From assembly GCA_026419015.1 (NCBI GenBank), contig JAOAAF010000002.1:811-64810 (forward strand): DNA of 64,000 nt, read 5' to 3'. Source of the DNA: Spirochaetota bacterium. Its GTDB lineage: Bacteria; Spirochaetota; UBA4802; JAGODF01. Made by a program: the position numbers and the translations under genes. The notes beneath the pieces are model-generated. The model had not been told where the DNA came from. It saw only the letters and a list, made by a program, of their open reading frames with translations, and did not search any database. Positions 1-11,960 of this stretch are shown here, piece after piece; position 1 is the first letter of the stretch; the number at the start of each line of letters is the position of its first letter.

Positions 1-635
1 ATGGGAAAATTATCCACGCTATTGTGTCGGAAGCTGAACGCATTGGTATAAAACCTCAATGGGTTGATAAATCATTTTTCGAAAATCGAATCCCTTCTTC
101 TGTGCATCAGGGCGTTCTTTTGCAATTATCGGGGTATCATCAAATGCCTGCCACCGCTGATTCGGTTGTAAAAACTGCATTGGACACAAAGGGTGTGGTT
201 GTATTTTTAGATTCCCTCATGGATCCACATAATGTTGGTGCCATAATTAGGACAGCTGAGGCTTTAGGTGCAGTGGGCGTGGTAATTTCGAGCGCTCGCT
301 CGTCACCCATTAATTCTTCTGTGGTAAAAGCATCCGCGGGCGCAACAGCGTATCTTCCTGTGGTGGAGATTTCCAATGTTGGCAGTTTTATTGCAAAAGC
401 AAAAACCGAAGGGTTATGGATTATAGGAACCTCTTCAAATGGCGATCATAGATTAGATGATTTGAAACGCTGTCGGCCGTCTGTTCTCATCATCGGAAGT
501 GAAGGTGTGGGAATTCGGCAATCAGTTGTGAAAAAATGCGACATGGTAGTTGGAATACCTCTTAAGGGTAAAATTGGATCGCTAAATGCATCTGTTGCAG
601 CGGGAATTTTATTGTATCAGTTGCTAAAAGAATGA
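1..635 (+). CDS. rlmB: SpoU/TrmH-family RNA 2'-O-ribose methyltransferase, RlmB-like; 5' end runs off the window
   Basis: ORF 24..635 stays open back to base 3 (GKIIHAIV...). Motifs HQGVLL, DPHNVGAIIRTAEALG, LIIGSEGVGI and IPLKGKIGSLNASVAAGILLY are typical of the SpoU methylase fold. Confidence 0.75.
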   Translation, partial: GKIIHAIVSEAERIGIKPQWVDKSFFENRIPSSVHQGVLLQLSGYHQMPATADSVVKTALDTKGVVVFLDSLMDPHNVGAIIRTAEALGAVGVVISSARSSPINSSVVKASAGATAYLPVVEISNVGSFIAKAKTEGLWIIGTSSNGDHRLDDLKRCRPSVLIIGSEGVGIRQSVVKKCDMVVGIPLKGKIGSLNASVAAGILLYQLLKE

Positions 636-1048
636 AACGTTATTCAACATGCATCTTTCTTTTTTTGGCAATTGTTCTTCGTGCAAGCAATATAAATTTG
701 AAAGAATTTGTTGCAGATGCCGAATCTGTGAAAAATGCGGTGCAAATTGCGCGATCCGTGCATTTCATTGAAATTAAGCTTGCACCTAAATTTGAACGAA
801 GAGAAGAGGAATTTGTTTTCAGTTCTCAAAAAAATAATGTGAAAGTAACGTTTAAATCAAAGAGGTTAGCACTTCTTTGCGATAAGATTTCATCGGTCAA
901 GATTTTTTCGGATTTCATTGGCAGAGCTACGGTTTTTGGGATCCAGAAAACAAAAGATTTAGTAGAGGGCAGAATGCTCGTGAGTTCATTCTGCAGTAAT
1001 GAGCAATGTTATGATGAGGAATTCGCGTATTTCATAGCGGATAATTGA
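632..1048 (+). CDS. hypothetical exported protein
   Basis: 138-aa ORF whose start overlaps the rlmB stop (ATGA). Hydrophobic N-terminus MKRYSTCIFLFLAIVLRA resembles a signal peptide. No recognisable domain. Confidence 0.45.
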   Translation: MKRYSTCIFLFLAIVLRASNINLKEFVADAESVKNAVQIARSVHFIEIKLAPKFERREEEFVFSSQKNNVKVTFKSKRLALLCDKISSVKIFSDFIGRATVFGIQKTKDLVEGRMLVSSFCSNEQCYDEEFAYFIADN

Positions 1049-1357
1049 ACATTAAAATGTACTTGACCAAAACTGTTTTGTTTGACATTATCTCAATGAT
1101 TGGAATGTGCATTTACTCAAAAATGAATAAGTTCGAGATTTAATAAACCGTATCTTTGTGTGGCCAAATGAGTATTTTGCCAGTAAGGCATATCGGGAAA
1201 CTTCAAAAAATGTAGAATATTCCCATGGAGGCACAACATAGAGCGCAAAATCATTTTCGTTTTTCTTTTATAGGGGAAGCGTTTTTTTAAGCTACAATAA
1301 CATTTCAATATGTAAATTATATTCAATGATGCGTTCATCGAGTTTTCACTCTTATGA

Positions 1358-1762
1358 ATGGGAAAGCTTATGGAAACATTAAAAAAAGCGGTTCGCTATA
1401 TTCTTTTAATGACAGCAGTTAATGTAGTCGTTGCGCTGGTAATTCTTTTTGTGAAGAGCATTGCAGAGTTTAAAGGATATCTAATAGGCACAATCGTAAA
1501 TTCGCTTTTTGCAACGATCTGGTATTTAGGTGCAAAGAAGGGAATGAAGTCAAACACGCTTGTATTGCTTCTCATTACGGTGGGCGGGTTTCCCATTCGG
1601 CTTGCTATTTTGGCATTGTTTGCTTTTGGTGGATTATTGATTTTGCAAATGAATACATTTTATTTTGCAATCGCATTTTTTATTGGTACAGTTTTTAGCC
1701 TTGCCATTGAGGTATGGTTTTTTAATACGTTGAGTTTTCCTGGCTCAAAAAAAATTCGCTGA
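1358..1762 (+). CDS. small integral membrane protein (about 4 TM helices), function unknown
   Basis: 134-aa ORF with four long hydrophobic segments. Size and topology recall AtpI-like proteins, but no atp genes are nearby. Confidence 0.5.
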   Translation: MGKLMETLKKAVRYILLMTAVNVVVALVILFVKSIAEFKGYLIGTIVNSLFATIWYLGAKKGMKSNTLVLLLITVGGFPIRLAILALFAFGGLLILQMNTFYFAIAFFIGTVFSLAIEVWFFNTLSFPGSKKIR

Positions 1763-1774
1763 TGCGAGGCGCAT

Positions 1775-3385
1775 ATGGAAACAAAACCGCTCGAATTGCT
1801 TTCAAAAGAGGAACTCATTGCATTGGTGCGGGAACTTCGGCCTGAATGCGTGTTGATGACCGAAGGCGAAGGGGGATTTGTTATTAATTACAAATCCCTC
1901 GTTGAAGAAGCTTCGGATGTGATTTTTATCATCGATCAATCAGGTAATCTTGTGTATCAAAATGTTGTGTGCAGAGAGTTTTTTTCGCGAGGGAATAAGA
2001 ATGAAATTGGGAAACATTACTTACACTATTTACCCGAAGTTGAACACGAGCGCGCCCAGGTTGTATTTAATGCCGTTCTTACCGAAGGGAAATCGGTAAT
2101 AAACGAAAAAATGAAAACAGTCGATAAAGATGGAAACATTCATTACTTCATCGCAAATTTTACTCCAATCCGGGAAATGGCAGGCAAGATTGTGGGAATG
2201 CTCGCTGTATTGCGCGATATAACCGCAATCCACAAAATGGAAAAGATGTTGAAAGAAAATTCGCGAAGGCTCGAGGAAAAAGTTAAGGAACAAATTGAAC
2301 AAGCTGAGGAACTCAAACGTTTAAAAGCTCTTAACGATGAAATCGTCAATAATGCACCCATTGGAATTTTCTTAATGGATCCTGTTGGCATCATGCTTAC
2401 CGAGAACCCTGCGTTAAAACGGATAATGGGCCATCCGCCAAATGTCACGCGCGTTGGATACAATCTATTTCAACATCCGGGATTTATCGAAGCAGGGCTT
2501 AAAGATGCATTTGACAAAGTACTTTTGGAAAAGCGTTCCGTTACCATGCGCAATACCCGCTATGTGCCGATTTCTGGAGACAGGGTACTTACAATAAATG
2601 TAACGATGGATCCGATTTTCGATTCGAAGAGAAATGTGAAGAATGTTTTGGTCATGGTCGAAGATGTGACGGAACAGTCATTGATGGCCGAAAAGATGCA
2701 GCGGATTGAAAAGCTTTCTGCGATGGGATTGCTGGCAGCAGGTGTTGCCTATGAAATGAAAATGCCTCTTAATTTGATCACGATGAATCTCAATTTTATT
2801 GAAAAAAACATTGATAAAGACAGTCCTGTAATCGATTACATCAACGATGTGAAAGAAGAATTAATCAAAATGCGCAATATTACAAATCAGCTGTTAAATC
2901 TTGCAAAACCAGAAGAGGAGGAGAAAGAAATATTAACAATTTCGAAAGTATTAGAAAGCCATCCTATACAATTGGTATTAAAGAGAATGAAGGAAAAGGG
3001 ATATGAAGTAGAAACGTATGTTGCACCAAATACACCAATGGTGAAAGCCACGATGAACCATCTCGTTCAGGTTCTCTTGCATTTAATTAGCAATGCAGAA
3101 GATGCAATGCCAGAGGGGGGAAAGCTTACCATTTCTGTAAGCAGAGATACTGTGGGGGAACATCCTGTTGCGCGAATTTCCGTGGCAGATACTGGGATAG
3201 GAATTCCTGAAGAAAATTTAACAAAAATATTTCAACCGTTTTTTACCACAAAGGGGCAAAAAGCGACAGGCTTAGGATTGATGGTCACATATTCGATTGT
3301 TGAAAATATGGGAGGTGCTATTGGCATTCGAAGTAAAGTTGGAGAAGGAACGGAAGTGCGGATTCTTCTGCCGGGGGAACAATAA
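1775..3385 (+). CDS. cytoplasmic PAS-domain sensor histidine kinase
   Basis: PAS-like segments (VIFIIDQSGNLVYQN; APIGIFLMDPVGIMLTENPAL), then a dimerisation region and an HATPase_c domain (HLISNAEDAM, DTGIGIP, IFQPFFTTK, GLGLMV). No TM segment and no adjacent response regulator. Confidence 0.85.
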   Translation: METKPLELLSKEELIALVRELRPECVLMTEGEGGFVINYKSLVEEASDVIFIIDQSGNLVYQNVVCREFFSRGNKNEIGKHYLHYLPEVEHERAQVVFNAVLTEGKSVINEKMKTVDKDGNIHYFIANFTPIREMAGKIVGMLAVLRDITAIHKMEKMLKENSRRLEEKVKEQIEQAEELKRLKALNDEIVNNAPIGIFLMDPVGIMLTENPALKRIMGHPPNVTRVGYNLFQHPGFIEAGLKDAFDKVLLEKRSVTMRNTRYVPISGDRVLTINVTMDPIFDSKRNVKNVLVMVEDVTEQSLMAEKMQRIEKLSAMGLLAAGVAYEMKMPLNLITMNLNFIEKNIDKDSPVIDYINDVKEELIKMRNITNQLLNLAKPEEEEKEILTISKVLESHPIQLVLKRMKEKGYEVETYVAPNTPMVKATMNHLVQVLLHLISNAEDAMPEGGKLTISVSRDTVGEHPVARISVADTGIGIPEENLTKIFQPFFTTKGQKATGLGLMVTYSIVENMGGAIGIRSKVGEGTEVRILLPGEQ

Positions 3386-3424
3386 AAAATGAGTTAAAAT
3401 TTCACTTTGCAAGGATTTTAGTTT

Positions 3425-4924
3425 ATGGACAAGGAAAAGCGGGAACAATTTGAAAAATATAAGAAGATGGAACTTGCTCTCATTCAAGAGGGCTTCACAG
3501 TATTTTCTCAAGAAGCTGCCAAAAAAAGAATTAGCGAAGAAGGCGAAAGTGCAAAACATACCCCTCAAATTTTTTCCCCGCGCGTTATTTCCAATGTTGC
3601 AGAAAAAAAACCGGGGAGAGAGCCGATTGTTGTACAGCAACAAGTTGCACGCGTTGAAGAAGAGGAATACGATATTCCGACGATTGTAAGCTACCTTAAA
3701 TGGCACATGGAGAGAATATCGAAAAATGTAATTGGGCGGGAAGAGATAATTCGACAGGCGATGTTTGCAATTCTTACACGTGAACATCTGTTGCTTTTAT
3801 CGCGTACAGGAATGGCGAAGTCGTTTTTGGCAAATTATATTTTTAATACATTTGATAATGTAAGGATTTTTTCAGCCCAAGCTACTAAGGATCAAACACC
3901 CGATAACTATTTTGGACCTTACAATATTGAAGAATTTAAAAAGGGACGAATTCGCCATAACATCCATCGATCCATCATTGAAGCTGATCTTGTTTTTCTC
4001 GATGAATTTTTTGATGCAAGCGACGTTGTTTTGCGATCTCTTCTTACTGTATTAAATGAAAGGAAATTTATAAACGGACCAGAAATAATCGATGCAGCCG
4101 TCCACACTGCCATTGCCACTGCAAATTACATGCGAATGAATGAAGTAACTGAAGCAGTTCTCGATCGCTTTTTATATAAAGCGATTATTCCCGAGATGAA
4201 TAATGTGTATACGCAAATTCTCATCGATCATACGTACTCTTTTAGCAGAGGTGTTGCAATAGAACCCGAAAAGAAAATCCCTTTTGGACAAATTATTTAT
4301 CTTTCGAGTATTGTGCGAAATGAAAATAAAAAAATAAAAATCGAAATTCCAGATATTGTATATTTCATGAAAAATGTGGTGGTGAATAAATTTGTGAGCG
4401 AAATGCGCAAAAGCGAATATAACTTTTTCATAAGTCCGCGGAAACAGGCAAAAATTTCTGATTTTTTACGGGCAAGTGCATTGCTCGATAACCGCTTTGA
4501 GGCGAATATGGAGGATGTGAAAAACATGTATTTAACGCTCTGCACATTAAATAGTTATATTTCGGTGAAAGCGAGAGATAAATCGGAAAAAGATGTCTTT
4601 TTAGATACATATCAGCAAACCATGGTGCATTTCAATAACACGGGAGCGTTGCAGCAGATTGAATTTTTATTGGGATTGCGAAAAGTATTTCAGGAAATTC
4701 GTGAAGACCCGTCAAAAAAAGAGAAATTAAAAGCAGCGCGGGGACTTTTGAGTAGCCTTTTTGGACTTTTTCGAAAGATTTTTCCTTCAAAAAATAAGGT
4801 ACAAGATGAAGAAGTTACGCTCGAAATGTTGAAGCAGAGCATTAATGAAATCAATCCGGCAGTTGAAGAAGTGAGGGAATTGAAAGAAGGAATTCTTCGA
4901 GATTACCGAGATCTTTTGGTGTAG
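3425..4924 (+). CDS. RavA-like (MoxR-class) AAA+ ATPase
   Basis: Walker A-like LLLLSRTGMAKS, Walker B LVFLDEFF, then LRSLLTVLNERKFINGPE and C-terminal FISPRKQAKISDFLRASALL. These align motif-for-motif with E. coli RavA (LLGPPGIAKS / IVFLDEIW / LNTLLTAINERQFRNG / VSDRRWKKAIRLLQASAFF). Confidence 0.75.
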   Translation: MDKEKREQFEKYKKMELALIQEGFTVFSQEAAKKRISEEGESAKHTPQIFSPRVISNVAEKKPGREPIVVQQQVARVEEEEYDIPTIVSYLKWHMERISKNVIGREEIIRQAMFAILTREHLLLLSRTGMAKSFLANYIFNTFDNVRIFSAQATKDQTPDNYFGPYNIEEFKKGRIRHNIHRSIIEADLVFLDEFFDASDVVLRSLLTVLNERKFINGPEIIDAAVHTAIATANYMRMNEVTEAVLDRFLYKAIIPEMNNVYTQILIDHTYSFSRGVAIEPEKKIPFGQIIYLSSIVRNENKKIKIEIPDIVYFMKNVVVNKFVSEMRKSEYNFFISPRKQAKISDFLRASALLDNRFEANMEDVKNMYLTLCTLNSYISVKARDKSEKDVFLDTYQQTMVHFNNTGALQQIEFLLGLRKVFQEIREDPSKKEKLKAARGLLSSLFGLFRKIFPSKNKVQDEEVTLEMLKQSINEINPAVEEVRELKEGILRDYRDLLV

Positions 4925-4933
4925 CAGATTCGC

Positions 4934-6583
4934 ATGTCAACGATTTTTAACAGATGGGAACAGGTACAACGCCCAAGTACCGACTTTTTTGAATATTGGG
5001 AGCAACTTGGTTTTTTCGATAATATCCAGACAGTACTCCCTTCGAAGTTTTTCATACTATTTGAAATTGCACAAGTGATTTTTACTTCTGATCTTGTAAG
5101 CGAGGCGCTCCAAGCCATCGAAGATATTTCGCGAGAAGAAAAAATTGAAACGCCCGATCGCGATCAGACAATATTGGTAAACAGAGTGGAACGCGTTTCC
5201 CCGCTTTCGGATAACATGGTTATCGATAGTTATAAAACGATTTATGATTTAAAAAAAGCTCTTCCGCGCGAACTTGCATGGGAAGATGATATTTTCGATA
5301 TCAAACTTTTTACGAAATCGTTACTCGTGCAACGATTTTTTGAGACAGAAGGAGACAAATTTAAACCTATTTCTACCTTGCGCGATGAAACTGGAAAAGA
5401 GGCAAATAGATTTGAACAGAAATTCTATTTGCTTTTCGACAGTTCCAAGTCGATGGATTTTAAGATGCGCATTTTTTATGCAAAGTGTATTGTCGCAGAG
5501 TTTCTTCGACGAAAGATGAATAGCAAAGCGAAAATTTTTTTTCGCTCTTTTGATTCGGAAGTTGGCAAGCTTTTTAAACTTGAAAGAAGACAGGATTTTT
5601 CTAATTTAATTGAGGAAGTGCTCTACCTTACTACTGGCGGTGTGAGCACAAATTTGCAGCAAGCGGTGTTTCAGGCAATCAGCGATATAAAATACGACAA
5701 GGAAATGCTTAATTCAGAAATCTTGGTTGTAACCGATGGGATAAGCAAAATTAATAAATTTGCGGTGCGAGAGCGCCTTGGAGATATTAAACTCAATATA
5801 TTAAAAATTGGAAGCGATCTTGCTGAAGGAAATTTTTACGATATGAAAGAAATAATGGATACCAACAAGATTGATTTTGATCCTTCGGCAGTTAATTTAA
5901 ATGAAGTAAGGAAAAAAGTTTCGCAAAAAGGCGGTGAGGAAGGTCTTACGATTACTGAAAAGCGGGCATATCGATTTTTATTAAATTATTCTGAGCAAAT
6001 TTTCAAAGATCTCAAAGAAGTCTGCCACCGATTCGTTGAAATCCCAGATCTTGAACCTTCGCGCTTGTTTTCTTTGAAGGAAGAAACTCTCGATTTTATT
6101 GAAATGACAGCGAATGAATTTTTGCGCGCTGATGTTTCCAATAAATCATTAGAAGAACGCACAAAATTGTATAAGAAGGCATATTTTTTAAGCGAATACA
6201 TCGAGTTTTTAATGGACTATTGCAATAGTGCAGAAAACCCGATTTTGCAAAAATGTTATGAAAAGATAAAAAGTCTTCGTCAGAAACTATTGGAAGATCC
6301 AATACTCAATCAAATCATTACTCGTGCAAAATCGTTCAAGGAAGATAGAAAAACATTGAAACTTTCGCGCAAAGAAGCCCGCAAGCGATTAAAAGAAATG
6401 AAGTTACAGCAAAAGCATTTAACGAGAAGTGAGATGAAAAAAGCAATGGTACTTCTTACAATGGACGTAGGCGAAGGAAGCATGGGACAGTTTTTTATGC
6501 TCCTCGTAGTGAAGTTGTGGGAACTTTTGAAAAAAATATTTTATTTTATCGTCCGCCATGAGAAAAAAAGAAGAGAGGATTAA
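4934..6583 (+). CDS. von Willebrand factor A (VWA) domain protein, ViaA-like partner of the upstream AAA+ ATPase
   Basis: Central VWA domain with complete MIDAS residues (YLLFDSSKSMD, GGVSTN, LVVTDG). Starts 10 nt after the AAA+ gene. Long helical C-terminal region with a hydrophobic tail. Confidence 0.7.
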   Translation: MSTIFNRWEQVQRPSTDFFEYWEQLGFFDNIQTVLPSKFFILFEIAQVIFTSDLVSEALQAIEDISREEKIETPDRDQTILVNRVERVSPLSDNMVIDSYKTIYDLKKALPRELAWEDDIFDIKLFTKSLLVQRFFETEGDKFKPISTLRDETGKEANRFEQKFYLLFDSSKSMDFKMRIFYAKCIVAEFLRRKMNSKAKIFFRSFDSEVGKLFKLERRQDFSNLIEEVLYLTTGGVSTNLQQAVFQAISDIKYDKEMLNSEILVVTDGISKINKFAVRERLGDIKLNILKIGSDLAEGNFYDMKEIMDTNKIDFDPSAVNLNEVRKKVSQKGGEEGLTITEKRAYRFLLNYSEQIFKDLKEVCHRFVEIPDLEPSRLFSLKEETLDFIEMTANEFLRADVSNKSLEERTKLYKKAYFLSEYIEFLMDYCNSAENPILQKCYEKIKSLRQKLLEDPILNQIITRAKSFKEDRKTLKLSRKEARKRLKEMKLQQKHLTRSEMKKAMVLLTMDVGEGSMGQFFMLLVVKLWELLKKIFYFIVRHEKKRRED

Positions 6584-6607
6584 GGAATTTTCTGTGATAT
6601 ATACACT

Positions 6608-7573
6608 TTACAGTTTTTCTTTTTGATACCATTCGATTGCTTCAAGAAAAATATCGATATTGTTTTTTGTTGGATTCCAGTTAAGCTCCTTTTTCGCACG
6701 ATCACAATCGAGTACAAAATTGGATACAAGGAACAAAACATGTTCTTTTCGCAGATAATTTATTTTTAGTGGCTTAAGAACAATTGATAAAAATTTCGTC
6801 AAAGCAGGCGAAAGATGTTTTATTTGGCAATCGAGTCGAGCTTTTTCTTTAACTTTTACCATTTGCTCTACTTGCGTTGGGACATCGTCAGAACCTAAAT
6901 TGTAAATTTTGCCACGGGATTGTTCTGTGTTTATTGCGGCACGCATTGCGCGTACGACGTCGTCAGGATGTACGAGTTGAAAACGCGTATCGCCATTTCC
7001 TGCGATGTAAAGTCGATTAGCATCTCCCATAGCCATCGCCATGTAAAGAATCACTAATATTAAAGGGTCATCGATATGTGCCCCTGCAATCAGTGTAGGG
7101 CGAAAAATGGTAATATTCATGCCATTTTCAATTTCTTTTATGCAGAGCTTTTCTGCTTTTAATTTATCTTTGCCATATGGCGTTACTGGTTTACAAGGAT
7201 CGTTTTCGGTAATGAGGATTGTATTGTTTTTCCCATAGACTTCTGCGGTTGAAAGGAAAATTATTTTTTCTACCTGATTTTCTTTTGCAGCCTTGAGCAC
7301 GTTTTCTGTTCCTTTTACGTTGAGCTTTTTCATATAGCGGCGGCCAACATGGAGAGGGCTTTCAATGTCTTGGAGGTGAAAAATTGTTTGGATCCCTTCA
7401 CTTGCAGAAAAGATGAGATCTTCATCGAGAACGGTGCCTTCAATGAAATCCACGGTTTCAGGGAGAGTTTTTTCTTTCCAGGTGTCAATTGCGCGTATTT
7501 CTGTTCCTTCTTCAATGAGGTGACGAATGAGCGTTTTGCCTACCAAGCTGTTGCAGCCTGTGATTAATACCAT
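6608..7573 (-). CDS. NAD-dependent epimerase/dehydratase family (extended SDR) protein
   Basis: N-terminal Rossmann motif MVLITGCNSLVGKTLIRHL and YGKDKLKAE (YxxxK). GGAGGAG RBS lies just upstream of the ATG. Confidence 0.8.
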   Translation of the reverse strand: MVLITGCNSLVGKTLIRHLIEEGTEIRAIDTWKEKTLPETVDFIEGTVLDEDLIFSASEGIQTIFHLQDIESPLHVGRRYMKKLNVKGTENVLKAAKENQVEKIIFLSTAEVYGKNNTILITENDPCKPVTPYGKDKLKAEKLCIKEIENGMNITIFRPTLIAGAHIDDPLILVILYMAMAMGDANRLYIAGNGDTRFQLVHPDDVVRAMRAAINTEQSRGKIYNLGSDDVPTQVEQMVKVKEKARLDCQIKHLSPALTKFLSIVLKPLKINYLRKEHVLFLVSNFVLDCDRAKKELNWNPTKNNIDIFLEAIEWYQKEKL

Positions 7574-7656
7574 AATCTCCTCCCCATTTTCATTTGCATT
7601 ATAATGTTTGACAATATTGCGATTTCGTCAACAATAATTGATGGATTGAAGAATTT

Positions 7657-8559
7657 TTATAGCGTATCGTATGGCGGAAGGAAAAATCGTTTCCAGGATT
7701 TTCCCCAAAAAATCCCTTCGATTCGCGCATATACCGCGTTGCATTCAATAATGCGAGGGAACCTTTCCAAAATTCTGTTGTCAAATGCAATGGCACAGCG
7801 AAGTGGTGGTACTTGAATTCGTTTTGCGGGTGGGATGCTCTTTGCCTTTTTTAGGATGATTTGTACTGCGTATTTTTTGTTGCCGGATACCTCGTAAAAA
7901 AGCGAATCGGATACTTGTAAGTCCCGCCGCTCGATTTCATCTGCAAATAAAATCCCGATAGACAGAAAAGCTCCATTTAATTCCATCATACCATCGATTG
8001 GTTTTAGCATATCTTTTTCCCGCGCAATGATTCTCCCAATGCGTGTAGTAGAATTGTCATTGAAAATCACTGCATCGCCGTGTTCAATTTTTTTATAGAA
8101 ATTCGTCGCCAAAACGATTTCACCTTTAAAAAAAGATGGTTGCATCATGTCGTCGTGAATTTGGTGAAGAAAATAAAATGAACTCACAAAACGAACTGAA
8201 AGAAAAATTATCGCAGCAGAAATAAGCGCAAAACCGATTATACCAAGAAATGAGACATGTTTTTCGATACACTTCCTCTGTGCGATAATGAGGCGTACCG
8301 TGTCAGCAAAGCAAGTTAAATGTAGGAGAAAGCATCCCACTGTCATAGTGAGCGCATGCAGCAATGACGGTTTATTGGATTCAACGATGAGTCCAAAAGG
8401 AATAAGCAATGCGAAAAATGCAATTGTACATAGAAAGAATATTCCTCGAGCGATTTCGCCGAAGTATACCTGGCCGATGCCGGGGATGAAGAAGGAAAAA
8501 AAAATTATTAAAAAAGATGTATACCGCATCGAATAGATTTTTTTGTTATGTGGTTTCAT
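7657..8559 (-). CDS. membrane protein with a signal peptidase I (S26)-like domain lacking the Ser/Lys dyad
   Basis: About 4 N-terminal TM helices, then boxes that align with the bona fide LepB in this window: MMQPSF vs SSMEDT, HGDAVIF vs RGDIVIF, IGRIIAREKD vs IKRCIAVEGD, FDNRILERFPR vs GDNRTNSQDSR. Confidence 0.55.
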   Translation of the reverse strand: MKPHNKKIYSMRYTSFLIIFFSFFIPGIGQVYFGEIARGIFFLCTIAFFALLIPFGLIVESNKPSLLHALTMTVGCFLLHLTCFADTVRLIIAQRKCIEKHVSFLGIIGFALISAAIIFLSVRFVSSFYFLHQIHDDMMQPSFFKGEIVLATNFYKKIEHGDAVIFNDNSTTRIGRIIAREKDMLKPIDGMMELNGAFLSIGILFADEIERRDLQVSDSLFYEVSGNKKYAVQIILKKAKSIPPAKRIQVPPLRCAIAFDNRILERFPRIIECNAVYARIEGIFWGKSWKRFFLPPYDTL

Positions 8560-8573
8560 GTGTATGATTGCAT

Positions 8574-10603
<2,030 letters not shown>

Positions 10604-10610
10604 TCATCAC

Positions 10611-11894
10611 CTATTTTGCGATTGAATCTTCTACGGGAATTAAAGTGACTTTACCATCAACAAAATCAAACGAATTGATTTCTTTAATTGCGGCAAGTAT
10701 TTTATTTTCTACTGCTCGATGAGTCATAAAAAGAACTGGTACGTAATCGGTGTTAGACTCCTTTTGAATGACAGATGCAATGGAAACATCGTACTTGCCA
10801 AATGCGCCTGCAATTTTTGCAAGAATGCCGGGTCGATCGATTGTGAATAAGCGCAGATAATAGCGGGTAATTCGCTTTTCAGACGAAAGATAATTGGTAT
10901 CAGTAAAGGATTTTGTATCGGGAAGCGAAATGTTTCCCCGAGCAATTTGGACCAAATCGCTTACCACCGCTGATGCTGTGGGTGTGCTTCCTGCCCCTTT
11001 GCCATGAAGGGTGACTTCGCCTGTCATATCACCCGCGATGGTGATTGCGTTGTTTTCCCTTCGCACAGAGGCTAACGGGTGACTCCGATGGATCATCGCA
11101 GGATGAACTCTAATATCGATTTCATCGCCGACAAGCTTGCTGATGCCAAGAAGCTTGATTGCATATCCCATTTCATGTGCAAAATGAATATCGAGTGGGC
11201 TTATTTGTGAAATTCCTTGAATTGGGATGTGTGAAAAATTAATCCATTTGCCATAGGCGAGAGTTGAAATGACGCATATTTTGTGCGCTGCATCGTGCCC
11301 TTCGATATCGAACGTTGGATCTGCTTCGGCAAATCCCTTTTCCTGCGCATCGCGCAATGCGTCGGAGAACGATTTGTTCTCTTCTTCCATGAGAGTGAGA
11401 ATGTAATTTGTGGTTCCATTTAAAATGCCACTGATCGACGCAATGCGATTCCCAACCAGCCCTTCGTTGAGCGCTCTGATGCATGGAATTCCACCACCTA
11501 CTGAGGCTTCAAAGCCGATTGTTTTCCCAGCTTCATTTGCGGCGTGAAATATTTCTTTGCCTCGCTCGGCGAGGAGCTTTTTATTTGCAGTAACGACATG
11601 CTTTCCCGCTTTCAGCGATTCTGTAATTATGCGAAAGGCAGGTTCAATTCCTCCAATGAGTTCTACAACGGTATCGATGTTGGGATGTGTCACAACTTCA
11701 TGCCAGTTTGTGGTGCATTCGATATTTGGAATGTTGTGTTTCATTTCGTTTATTTTTAAATCGCATGCAATTACAATTTGTAAATCGATTCCAGTTTTTC
11801 GAATGATAACATCGCGATTTCTTTTTAAAAGATGGACCACACCGCTTCCAACCGTTCCAAGGCCAACGAGCCCAATTTTCATCACCCTGACCAT
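10611..11894 (-). CDS. hom: homoserine dehydrogenase with C-terminal ACT domain
   Basis: IGLVGLGTVGSGV NAD-binding motif, catalytic region GILNGTTNYIL and DVEGHDAAHK-like FDIEGHDAAHKI, ACT-like C-terminus. GGGAG RBS before the ATG at 11894. Confidence 0.9.
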   Translation of the reverse strand: MVRVMKIGLVGLGTVGSGVVHLLKRNRDVIIRKTGIDLQIVIACDLKINEMKHNIPNIECTTNWHEVVTHPNIDTVVELIGGIEPAFRIITESLKAGKHVVTANKKLLAERGKEIFHAANEAGKTIGFEASVGGGIPCIRALNEGLVGNRIASISGILNGTTNYILTLMEEENKSFSDALRDAQEKGFAEADPTFDIEGHDAAHKICVISTLAYGKWINFSHIPIQGISQISPLDIHFAHEMGYAIKLLGISKLVGDEIDIRVHPAMIHRSHPLASVRRENNAITIAGDMTGEVTLHGKGAGSTPTASAVVSDLVQIARGNISLPDTKSFTDTNYLSSEKRITRYYLRLFTIDRPGILAKIAGAFGKYDVSIASVIQKESNTDYVPVLFMTHRAVENKILAAIKEINSFDFVDGKVTLIPVEDSIAK

Positions 11895-11960
11895 ATTGTT
11901 ACTCCCAATTTTAAAGAGGCACTACATTACTATGGCGCTGTGGCATTTCGTTTTGTCAAT

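Noticed and set aside
1049-1357. 309-nt spacer checked for housekeeping RNAs (SRP RNA, RNase P, 6S, tmRNA). The other long spacers were checked the same way.
   Set aside because: None of the diagnostic cores I know (for example GGAAGCAGCC for SRP, GAGGAAAGTCC for RNase P, or a tmRNA tag-reading frame) are present. The 73-aa minus-strand ORF here (1117..1338) has no coding support.
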